64,000 bases of DNA from Dehalococcoidia bacterium. GTDB taxonomy: Bacteria; Chloroflexota; Dehalococcoidia; Lucifugimonadales; VXLM01. This document shows positions 1 through 8,778 of the stretch, in pieces. The stretch covers positions 248,001-312,000 of the forward strand of contig OY759598.1 of assembly GCA_963662435.1 (NCBI GenBank), read 5' to 3'. Numbering within the stretch: position 1 is the first letter of the stretch; every line of letters begins with the position of its first letter. A program made the translations under genes and the position numbers. The notes beneath the pieces are model-generated. The model searched no databases and was not told the DNA's origin. It worked only from the letters and a program-made list of their open reading frames with translations.

Positions 1-138
1 TTGATTGCAGACATTGTTACCGGCAAGCTCGATGTGCGCGAGGAGGAAGAAAGATCTCTGTACCAGTGCGAAGAGTCACCACTCTTCGGCGATGCGATAA
101 CCATCTCATCCGACCCTACAAATGTGGCTGAACTATGA
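1..138 (+). CDS. hsdS: Type I restriction-modification specificity subunit S, 3' end (partial, runs off the window)
   Basis: Frame 1 reads LIADIVTGKLDVREEEE..., the typical HsdS C-terminal helix motif. TGA at 136-138 overlaps the next ATG (ATGA). hsdR lies downstream. Confidence 0.8.
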   Translation: MIADIVTGKLDVREEEERSLYQCEESPLFGDAITISSDPTNVAEL

Positions 139-1055
139 ACTCTGACGTACAAAACCAGCAGAACTTACACAGGTTGAAACACATCAGCCCACTTCGCTAT
201 CCGGGAGGTAAAGCCGCGCTTGCCGACTTCCTTGCCCACACCTTGGCATTGAACAATCTCAATGGCTGTTCCTATTTTGAGCCCTTAGCCGGTGGTGCTG
301 GTGCAGCCCTGCTCCTCCTCCTGAAAGGCGTTATAGCTGAATTACACCTAAATGACCTTGACCCACGCATCGTAGCATTCTGGAAAGCCGTGTTTAATGA
401 ATCAGAGAGATTCGCTGAAGCCATTCTGACCGTGCCTGTGAACATTGCGGAGTGGCGTAGACAAAGCGAGATCTGCCTTCAGGCAGACTCAAGCAAGACA
501 TTCGAACTCGGGTTTGCCACTTTCTATCTGAATCGTTGCAATAGGTCGGGCGTCATAACCGGGGCAGCTCCAATTGGTGGTTATTCACAGGAGAGCAACT
601 GGAAAATAGATGCTCGCTTCTATCGAGAGCAACTCTCGACACGCGTATGCGTGCTCGCAGATCTACGTGATCAAATACATGTCACTGGAATGGATGCTCA
701 AGATTTTCTTGTCCAACAACTTCCGCGTGGCCACAAACGTCAAAATGTCTTCGTATATCTTGATCCTCCTTACTACGCGAACGGCAGACGGCTCTATATG
801 AACTCATACGACGATCGAGACCATCGGAATCTTTCTTACTACTTGCGACGACAGAGAATCCTGAAATGGGTCGCGTCATACGACGATTCCGAATATATCA
901 GAAGGCTATACGCATCATGCCAAGTCTTCGACAACATATTGCAATACAGTCTACAAAGGAAGCGACTGGCCAAGGAACTCCTGATCGCACCTTCCCACGT
1001 TCGGCTTCCTAGCTCAATTGACCCACGCGGGGACGTGGCTCTTTCGGTGGCATAG
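135..1055 (+). CDS. Dam-like (D12 class) DNA adenine methyltransferase
   Basis: SPLRYPGGK N-terminal motif, FEPLAGGAG SAM-binding motif, catalytic YLDPPY. Confidence 0.92.
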   Translation: MNSDVQNQQNLHRLKHISPLRYPGGKAALADFLAHTLALNNLNGCSYFEPLAGGAGAALLLLLKGVIAELHLNDLDPRIVAFWKAVFNESERFAEAILTVPVNIAEWRRQSEICLQADSSKTFELGFATFYLNRCNRSGVITGAAPIGGYSQESNWKIDARFYREQLSTRVCVLADLRDQIHVTGMDAQDFLVQQLPRGHKRQNVFVYLDPPYYANGRRLYMNSYDDRDHRNLSYYLRRQRILKWVASYDDSEYIRRLYASCQVFDNILQYSLQRKRLAKELLIAPSHVRLPSSIDPRGDVALSVA

Positions 1056-1068
1056 AAAGGAGCTTCCA

Positions 1069-2184
1069 ATGAATTCCAGCGACACCACAATGATCAGTGT
1101 CTCTAAGCTGACATTCGATCTCGAGAATCCTCGCCTCGCTGAGCATGACGTCAGAGAATTGTCGTCCGAAACCGACATTGTTCAGGTCCTCTGGGACGAG
1201 ATGGACGTCCATGAGTTAGTGCTGTCGATCGCCGCTAGCGGCTTCTTCCAGCATGAGCCCCTAATCGTTATGCAGAGAACTGATGCGAATGTTGTCATCG
1301 AAGGAAATCGTCGACTTGCTGCGGTTAAGGTACTTTTGGACCCAACACTTATTGGGGATTCTGCAAAAGACATTCCTCCCATTAGCAAGGCGAACAAGAA
1401 GCAACTTAGGTCTTTACCCACCATAACTGGCAGCCGTAAAGAGGCGTGGCGCTACATCGGCTTCAAGCACGTAAATGGTCCGGCCAAATGGAGTAGCTAT
1501 GCCAAATCTCAATACATCGCTAAAATACATAGGGAATTCGGCATTGAGCTAGAAGAGATAGCCAAGCAGATTGGTGACACTCATAGGACCGTGCAGAGGC
1601 TCTTCCGAGGGATGATGGTTATAGAGCAGGCCGAAGAGATGAGTGTATTTGATCGTGAAGACCGCTGGAATAGACGTTTCGCATCATCACATCTTTATAC
1701 GGGTTTGGGCTATACAGGTATCAGTACATTTATAGGTTTACGGCCAGAATCCGAGGAAGATGAGGAGCCAGTACCCCCTGAGAAAAAGGAAGCTCTGCGG
1801 GAACTCTTCCTGTGGCTCTACGGTAGCAAGCGGGAGGAAACGCGCCCTATTATACAGTCGCAGAATCCCGATCTCAGACACCTAGATGCAGTTGTTGCTA
1901 ATAGAGAGGCGGTCGCCGCGCTCCGTGATCGTGGTGATCTTGCCTACGCCTTTGAAGTCAGTCGACCGTCTTCTAATGTCTTTGAGGAATCCCTACTTTC
2001 CGCCAAGAGAAATCTTGAGAAGGCGCGCGGTTTACTTTCAGTCGGCTATGATGATTCGCCTCAGCTATTGAGAATTGCAGAAGAAGTATCTAGGCTCGCG
2101 GATGATTTGTGGACGGAAATGGACCTCAGTCGTGAGAGGCGCAAGGCAAGACGTAGGAAGCGGCGCGGTACGAGGAGTGGCTAG
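1069..2184 (+). CDS. ParB/Sulfiredoxin-like N-terminal domain protein
   Basis: DLENPR...SIAASGF..EPLIV...VVIEGNRRLAA is the ParB/Srx nucleotide-binding signature. RBS AAAGGAG precedes ATG 1069. The C-terminus is Arg-rich. Confidence 0.8.
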   Translation: MNSSDTTMISVSKLTFDLENPRLAEHDVRELSSETDIVQVLWDEMDVHELVLSIAASGFFQHEPLIVMQRTDANVVIEGNRRLAAVKVLLDPTLIGDSAKDIPPISKANKKQLRSLPTITGSRKEAWRYIGFKHVNGPAKWSSYAKSQYIAKIHREFGIELEEIAKQIGDTHRTVQRLFRGMMVIEQAEEMSVFDREDRWNRRFASSHLYTGLGYTGISTFIGLRPESEEDEEPVPPEKKEALRELFLWLYGSKREETRPIIQSQNPDLRHLDAVVANREAVAALRDRGDLAYAFEVSRPSSNVFEESLLSAKRNLEKARGLLSVGYDDSPQLLRIAEEVSRLADDLWTEMDLSRERRKARRRKRRGTRSG

Positions 2185-3122
2185 TGTTTAAGTGGCCGAC
2201 ACCTCCGTCCTCCCGTGCACCTAGACATGAACTTGCCGACTTCGCTGAGCTGACGTGCTGGCGGGACAATCATACCTCAGCAACGGATCTTTCGCGGCTA
2301 CTGGGCAGGCTTGAAGAAAACGCCTATTTGGATGGTGTGCCTGAAGAGGAAGAATCCGATAGGATTGTCGATGAAGCATATGAAGAGATCCAACGACGCT
2401 TGGAGGCATGTGGCAGCGGCTATCCCTTTGTAATTGGAGAACGTGGCAATACACTTCAGCCTAGCCAGGATACTGATAACGTCAGGCATGTCGTTTACAA
2501 GTACATGCTGCTTGCCACTAGGCTCAATATGAAGGACAACCGCATACAGGCGGGTATTGATGGGACGCAGCTCTTTGAAGAGCTTGCGGCGGAAGTGGCA
2601 AGGGAATACTTTGGTGATCGATCCAAGAGCCTTGTATTTGGTGCTAAATCAGACAGCCCCAGCTTCGAATTGAGGGTTGACCACCTTTGCGACCAAATAA
2701 AGGAAGGTGGGGGATTTGTAAGTAACGACTTGGACGACACAAATGTGAAGGATGGCAAATTGGATGTCGTTGTGTGGAAACCGTTTGCAGATGGTCTGCC
2801 TGGCAAACTCATTGGTTTTGGCCAATGCAAGACTGGAACCCACTATCGGGACTCCATTGCCCAACTACAGCCCGATGCATTCTGTAGCAAGTGGATGCAC
2901 CGAGCTCCTGCCGTGCCTCCCATGCGCATGTTCTTCGTTGCTGAAGCACTGGCATTGGCCGAGGGCAGTAGGCGAAATATGTCAATCGACGCGGGTCTAC
3001 TGTTCGACCGGTGCAGGATCATCGACTTCAGTAGTGGTATCGGTGAAGGTGTAATCGAGACCATGAGACAATGGACGGTGGCGGCGGCCGAGGCAGCTGA
3101 ATTGGCGGAGGGGAATAGGTAG
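2184..3122 (+). CDS. Putative PD-(D/E)XK-fold (Mrr-like QxK) nuclease
   Basis: FEEL...KDGKLDVVVW...FGQCKTG matches the E..D..QxK catalytic pattern. GTG start overlaps the upstream TAG. RBS GAGGAG at 2172-2177. Confidence 0.65.
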   Translation: MFKWPTPPSSRAPRHELADFAELTCWRDNHTSATDLSRLLGRLEENAYLDGVPEEEESDRIVDEAYEEIQRRLEACGSGYPFVIGERGNTLQPSQDTDNVRHVVYKYMLLATRLNMKDNRIQAGIDGTQLFEELAAEVAREYFGDRSKSLVFGAKSDSPSFELRVDHLCDQIKEGGGFVSNDLDDTNVKDGKLDVVVWKPFADGLPGKLIGFGQCKTGTHYRDSIAQLQPDAFCSKWMHRAPAVPPMRMFFVAEALALAEGSRRNMSIDAGLLFDRCRIIDFSSGIGEGVIETMRQWTVAAAEAAELAEGNR

Positions 3123-3207
3123 GAAGTGCCTGCACAAGCCTCTTACTGGGAAGCTTGGAGGCTTAGGTAATACGGTCAAAGGCGCTCGGGGCAAGTGGGG
3201 GAAGATC

Positions 3208-6201
3208 ATAGCCGACACCACTGAAAAAGGCCTTGAGAGCCTCATCTGCGAGGCGCTGACGGGCCGTCCGTGCGAACAGTCGCAGACGGGTGCGATCCGT
3301 GAGCGGCCTTCCAACTACGGCGTGGGGTGGAAATGCGGAGACCCGTCGGACTATGACCGCGAGTTCTGCGTTGACCTCGTTCAGTTGTCGGCGTTCTTGA
3401 GTGAGACACAGTCCGAAGTCGCAGAGGCGCTCGCCCTCGACGAGGACGGGCCGACGCGACGCAATTTCCTATCCCGCCTGCAGGGAGAAATCGCCAAGCG
3501 CGGCACCATAGACGTGCTGCGCAACGGTATCAAGCATGGGCGCCATGATCTCTATCTCTTCTACGGCACGCCCTCTCCCGGCAACGAGAAGGCGGCGATC
3601 CTCTACGAGCAAAATCGCTTCAGCGTCACGCGCCAGCTCCGGTACAGCAACGATAACGCGCAGTTGGCCCTCGACCTTTGCCTATTCATCAACGGATTGC
3701 CTGTCGCCACGTTCGAGCTGAAGAACAGCCTCACCAAGCAGACGGTGGATGACGCGGTCGAGCAGTACAAGCGCGACCGCAATCCACGTGAGAAGCTGTT
3801 CGAGTTCGGACGCTGTCTCGTTCACTTCGCGGTCGATGACCACGAGGTGCGCTTCTGCACAGAGCTGAAGGGCAAGTCGTCGTGGTTCCTCCCATTCAAC
3901 CGCGGCTGGGACGACGGCGCGGGGAATCCTCCGAACCCGAACGGGCTCAAGACCGACTACCTGTGGAAGCAGGTGCTCACCCGCGACGGCCTCACCGACA
4001 TCATCGAGAACTACGCCCAGGTCGTCGTCTCGAAAGACCAGAAGAACGGACGAGTCAAGCGCGACCAGATCTGGCCGCGATTCCACCAGCTCGAAGTCGT
4101 CCGCAAGCTGCTCGCCGACGTGTCGAAAACCGGAGTCGGCCGTCGCTACCTGATCCAGCATTCCGCCGGCAGCGGCAAGTCGAACTCCATCGCGTGGCTC
4201 GCGCATCGGCTTGTGGGCCTTGAGAAGGATGACGCGCCGGTCGTGGACTCGGTGATTGTGGTGACGGACCGCCGAGTCTTGGACAAGCAGATAAACGACA
4301 CCATAAGGCAGTTCTCCCAGGTCGCCGCCGTGGTCGGTCACGCCGATAAGTCTGGTGATCTACGCAGGTTCATCGAATCGCGCAAGAAGATCATCATTTC
4401 GACTGTACAAAAGTTCCCATTCATCATCGACGAGATCGGCAACGAGCAGCGTGGCCGCCGCTTTGCCATCATCATCGACGAGGCGCATTCGAGTCAGGGA
4501 GGACGCACCTCGGCGGCGATATCGATGACCCTCGGCAAGGCAGGCGAAGCGGAAGAGGAAGAGACCACCGAGGACAAGATCAACAAGATCATGGAGAGCA
4601 AGAAGCTGCTGAGCAATGCCAGCTACTTCGCCTTCACGGCAACTCCCAAGAACAGGACGCTGGAGATATTCGGAGACCCTGAGCCTCAGACGGACGGCAG
4701 CGTCCGGCACAGACCGTTCCACAGCTACACGATGAAGCAGGCGATTCAGGAGGGCTTCATCGTCGACGTGCTCAAGCACTACACGCCAGTGGACAGCTAC
4801 TACCGGCTGGTGAAGACCGTGGAGGGCGACCCAGAATTCGACAGCAAGAGGGCAGGAAGGAAGCTCCGTCGATACGTCGAGAACCACGACCACGCGATAC
4901 GCCTCAAGGCCGAGATCATGGTCGACCACTTCCACGAGCAGGTGGACGGCTTTCGCCGGATAGGCGGTCAGGCGAGAGGCATGGTCGTGACCGACAGCAT
5001 AGAACGGGCGATACGCTACTTTCACGCAATTCGCAGCTACCTGGATGAGCGAGACAGTCCCTATCAAGCAATCGTAGCCTTTTCGGGCGAGCACGAATAC
5101 GACGGGGACAAGGTAACTGAGGCGTCGCTCAATGGCTTCCCGTCGAGCCAGATTGCCGACATGATTCAGGAGCATCCTTACAGGATTCTTGTGTGCGCCG
5201 ACAAGTTCCAGACCGGCTATGACGAGCCGCTCCTGCATACGATGTATGTCGACAAGGTGCTCTCCAGCGTCAAGGCCGTTCAGACGCTCTCACGCCTGAA
5301 CCGCGCGCATCCGCAGAAGCACGACGCCTTCGTTCTCGACTTCATGAACGACACCGATACGATCCAAAACGCTTTTGCGGACTATTACCGGACGACGATT
5401 CTCTCGGACGAAACCGATCCCAACAAGCTGCACGACCTTAAGGCGGCCCTCGACGGCTATCAGGTCTACTCACCCGACCAGATCGACGAGCTCGTCAAGT
5501 ACTACCTGACGGGCGAGGACCGAGAAACTTTGGACCCGATTCTCGATGTCTGTGTCGCCGAGTACTTGCAGAGCCTCGATGAGGACGGTCAGGTGGACTT
5601 CAAGGGCAAAGCGAAGGCGTTCCTCCGGTCCTACGGGTTCCTCTCTGCGATATTACCCTACACCAACGCGGAGTGGGAGAAACTGTCGATATTCCTAACC
5701 CTGCTTGTGCCCAAGCTCCCCGCTCCTATCGAAGACGACCTATCGAAGGGGATTCTCGAAGCTATCGACATGGACAGCTATCGAGTGGAGAAGCAGGCGG
5801 TGCAGGATATGCAGCTTGCCGACGAAGACGCGGAGATCGACGCCACACCGGCGGACGGAGGTGGCAGCAGGCCGGAGGCTGAACTCGACCTTCTCTCGAA
5901 CATCGTCAGGGACTTCAACGACAGGTGGGGAAACATAGAATGGAAGGACTCTGACAAGATCGAGAGAGTCCTTGCTGAAGACCTTCCGGCCAAGGTTGCT
6001 GCGGACAAGGCGTATCAGAATGCCGTGGCCAACTCCGACAAGCAGAATGCGCGTATCGAACATGACAAGGCCCTCGAACGAGCCGTGACGGAGCTGCTTG
6101 CCGACCATGCGGAGTTGTTCAAGCAGTTCAGTGACAACCCATCGTTTCGCACATGGTTGTCGGAGATGATCTTCTCGGCAACTTACGACCGAGCCGCGTA
6201 G
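3208..6201 (+). CDS. hsdR: Type I restriction endonuclease subunit R (start uncertain: ATA 3208 or GTG 3322)
   Basis: Nuclease motif DLCLFINGLPVATFELKN, Walker A QHSAGSGKS, DEAH box, FTATP, QTGYDEP. The HsdR-like N-terminus (DTTEKGLESLIC) is in frame upstream of the called GTG. Confidence 0.95.
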   Translation: MADTTEKGLESLICEALTGRPCEQSQTGAIRERPSNYGVGWKCGDPSDYDREFCVDLVQLSAFLSETQSEVAEALALDEDGPTRRNFLSRLQGEIAKRGTIDVLRNGIKHGRHDLYLFYGTPSPGNEKAAILYEQNRFSVTRQLRYSNDNAQLALDLCLFINGLPVATFELKNSLTKQTVDDAVEQYKRDRNPREKLFEFGRCLVHFAVDDHEVRFCTELKGKSSWFLPFNRGWDDGAGNPPNPNGLKTDYLWKQVLTRDGLTDIIENYAQVVVSKDQKNGRVKRDQIWPRFHQLEVVRKLLADVSKTGVGRRYLIQHSAGSGKSNSIAWLAHRLVGLEKDDAPVVDSVIVVTDRRVLDKQINDTIRQFSQVAAVVGHADKSGDLRRFIESRKKIIISTVQKFPFIIDEIGNEQRGRRFAIIIDEAHSSQGGRTSAAISMTLGKAGEAEEEETTEDKINKIMESKKLLSNASYFAFTATPKNRTLEIFGDPEPQTDGSVRHRPFHSYTMKQAIQEGFIVDVLKHYTPVDSYYRLVKTVEGDPEFDSKRAGRKLRRYVENHDHAIRLKAEIMVDHFHEQVDGFRRIGGQARGMVVTDSIERAIRYFHAIRSYLDERDSPYQAIVAFSGEHEYDGDKVTEASLNGFPSSQIADMIQEHPYRILVCADKFQTGYDEPLLHTMYVDKVLSSVKAVQTLSRLNRAHPQKHDAFVLDFMNDTDTIQNAFADYYRTTILSDETDPNKLHDLKAALDGYQVYSPDQIDELVKYYLTGEDRETLDPILDVCVAEYLQSLDEDGQVDFKGKAKAFLRSYGFLSAILPYTNAEWEKLSIFLTLLVPKLPAPIEDDLSKGILEAIDMDSYRVEKQAVQDMQLADEDAEIDATPADGGGSRPEAELDLLSNIVRDFNDRWGNIEWKDSDKIERVLAEDLPAKVAADKAYQNAVANSDKQNARIEHDKALERAVTELLADHAELFKQFSDNPSFRTWLSEMIFSATYDRAA

Positions 6202-6307
6202 CCTACTTCCACCAGAGACCGAGTGTCAGCACGCGCGGAGCTTCCGAGCATGTCCTTGAGCCGCGCCAGCAACGTCGGAGCGGTGGTGGAATGGAGGATG
6301 TGCATCC

Positions 6308-6427
6308 AGCGTCCTCTATCAGTACACTGCCATCGGCCCGGACATCCAGGGTAACTCTGCTGCCCGACAGCAAGGATATGCCGATTAGTGACTCACTGCT
6401 GGATTCGAGGACTATCACATTGCGGTG
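6308..6427 (-). pseudogene. C-terminal remnant of a clan AA aspartic-protease-like gene
   Basis: Reads HRNVIVLESSSESLIGISLLSGSRVTLDVRADGSVLIED (LIGxxLL-type C-terminus). The frame hits a stop where the inverted repeat begins (6426-6430). Confidence 0.5.
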
Positions 6428-8091
6428 TCAAGGGCGGAGCGAACGGCCTGTTGAAGAAGTCTGGGTTGTGGCCAATCCAGGTGGCGAATAAGATGGGGCG
6501 AGCATCATGATTGGGAGGGACTACGATGCTCGACGCATTGGACCGCTTCAGCAGAGACTCCACGCTGTTCAAATTCACCAACAAGCGCCTGCGGGACTTC
6601 ATTGATCCAAAGCATCTGTTGATTCAGATCGATGAGCAGTTTGACTTCCCGAAGCTCGTTGAGCCTCTCGAGGAATACTACTGCCGCGAGATGGGCAGGC
6701 CCGCCATCCACCCGGAAGTGCTTGTCAGGGCCCTGCTCATCTCCTCGCTATACAACATCACCTCCTTCCGGCGGTTGTGCTCTGCCATCTCTGAGAACAT
6801 CGCCTTCCGCTGGTTCTGCTTCCTGACCATAGACGACAGGGTGTTCGATCACTCGACGATCAGCTACTTCATCGAGCGCGTAGGCAACGAGGGGTTCGGT
6901 GAGATATTCCAATTGTTCAACGAAGAGTTGCTGAGACTGGGGCTGCTGTCGCGGAAGATGTACGCCGACTCCAGCCTGGTCAGGGCGAACGTCAGCGGGC
7001 ATGACCTATCACCCAGCGGCATGACCGTAGAGGAGTTCAGAGAGAAGGCTGTGGAGGAGAACGGTCTGTTCATTGTGAGAGGGCAGCAGACAGATGGGGA
7101 TGGTGTTGTGCGAGAGAGCGTAAGCTACTACTAAGACCCCAAGGGACGGTTGCCGCTTAGTCAGGTTGATACGGACGCCAGATGGCGAAGCACACGACAC
7201 GACAGGCGTCCGAACCTGCATTACCAAGAGAATGCCATAGTGGATCGTGGAGGCTTCATAGTGGCGCGGAAGGCTACTCATGCAAGCGAAGGCGACTGGA
7301 GGCCGCTGATCGGAATGTTGGATCAGCTACCGATCAGACCTGAGAGCTTGGCAGCGGACACCGGATACAACGACGGGCGTCTGAGGAAGCATCTGAAGGA
7401 CCTGAGCATCACGGCATACATCCCGGTCCATCCGAACCAAGAGAGGAGCATGGTCACAAAGGGTGGCTTCGACTACCGAGGAGACCACCTGGTGTGTTCG
7501 GAGGGCAAGCGATTGGGCAGAGGGGCCCTGATCAAGAAAGACCGACAATTCCAGTATGTAGCTCGTCAGAAGGACTGCCAGCAGTGTCCTGTCAATACCG
7601 AGTGCCTACCGAAGGGACAGAAGCGACGTTTCGTGTTACTGAGCATGTACTACTCGTTGTTCCTAGAGGCGAGAGAGCGCAACAAGAGCGCATCGTACCA
7701 AGAGGAGATGGTCATACGGCGGACAACTGCAGAGGGAGTGTTCGCATCGCAGGACCGCTTAGGCTGGGCAAGAAGCAGGCTGCGCCGACTGTGGAAGGTG
7801 GACTGTGAGGGATACATGTCGGCATTGGCACACAATCTGAAGAAGGCGGTACGACGGCTCGAGTCATCCGCGGGACCACCTGAGCCGAAACGAGTGGCTA
7901 CAGCTGTTGGCACGCAATCCGGATGACTTCGAGCTCAACGAGATGCCGACTAATGAAACTGACTCACATAAGCCGTCAGCTTGGTCCCAGTTCACGCTAA
8001 TCTAAAGTTTCTTGAGTCTAGAAGAGCCAATACAGAAACAGAGCCGTCTTTACCCCACATCTTCAACAGGCCGTTCGCTCCGCCCTTGACA
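6426..8091 (+). mobile_element. IS1182-family insertion sequence bounded by a perfect 32-bp inverted repeat (true IS ends probably about 6443-8074)
   Basis: 6426-6457 TGTCAAGGGCGGAGCGAACGGCCTGTTGAAGA is the exact reverse complement of 8060-8091. The repeat encloses a DDE transposase. Confidence 0.88.
6526..7926 (+). pseudogene. IS1182-family DDE transposase with an in-frame nonsense codon
   Basis: DUF772-like N-terminus (GRPAIHPEVL, FRWFC, FDHSTIS), ADSS, ADTGY, CxxC, RRTTAEGVF. The two ORFs share one frame and are split only by TAA at 7132-7134. RBS GGGAGG precedes ATG 6526. Confidence 0.9.
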
Positions 8092-8201
8092 GAAATCGGC
8101 GTTGTGAGTCGGCGACAACCACAAAGAGGCCGGGAGATGGCGACGTAATCGCCGAGACTAGCAGGGTGTGGATCAAGTGTTACCTTCCTTCTGATTCCGC
8201 A
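8075..8201 (+). ncRNA. Structured non-coding segment, possibly a truncated IS110-family left end (bridge-RNA-like)
   Basis: TTGACA at 8086-8091, then hairpins GTTGT..ACAAC (8101-8119), GGCGA-CGTAA-TCGCC (8139-8153) and TGTGGATCA..TGATTCCGCA (8167-8201). The IS110 resemblance is from recollection only. Confidence 0.35.
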
Positions 8202-8271
8202 TTCTTATGTGGGATGAAATGTGGGATAAACCCTGACTTCACCCTCTTTTTGTAGCTAGATGCGACTCCTC

Positions 8272-8736
8272 ACTCCGCTTCGCTACGTTCGGAATGACAG
8301 GTTTGGGGTGCTGCGTTCGGTATATGTCATGAGGGTCTTCGCCCGCGCCACCTGGAATAAAAATGGGGTCTTCGCGTGACAGGGTCCGAAGACTGGATTC
8401 CGGCCTCCGCCGGAATGACGGTATGTAGGTGGCGTTGCGGGGTTTTTCGTAGCAATCGCTAGAGGGCGCGGAGGTCGCAGAGAGGGAGAAAGTTGAGGGT
8501 GTTGCGAATGCGGCGAGACATGGGAGGCGAGGATTTTGGATTCCTGACTCCGCTTCGCTACGTTCGGAATGACAGGTTGGTGGTGCTGCGTTCGGTATAT
8601 GTCATGAGGGTACTTCGTCCTCACCACCTGGAATGAAAATGGGGTCTTCGCCTGACAGGGTCCGAAGACTGGATTCCGGCCTACGCCGGAATGACGGTAT
8701 GTAGGTGGCCTTGCGGTTTTTTTCGTAGCAATCGCT
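8272..8736. repeat. Tandem duplication of a ~190-bp composite palindromic unit (8272-8460 and 8547-8736)
   Basis: Both copies run from ACTCCGCTTCGCTACGTTCGGAATGACAGG to TTCGTAGCAATCGCT with scattered substitutions. Each contains two ...GGAATGAC hairpins. Confidence 0.92.
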
Positions 8737-8778
8737 CATGTCAGGTTGTTACCGACACCACCAATCATGAAAAAGGCG

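Noticed and set aside
8283..8627. 114-aa minus-strand ORF
   Set aside because: It is a translation of the palindromic repeats (VIPNVAKRSQES, RHSGGGRNP), not a credible gene.
8272..8736. Possible CRISPR array
   Set aside because: Only two long units with similar, non-unique linkers. No regular 25-40-bp repeat/spacer period and no cas genes.
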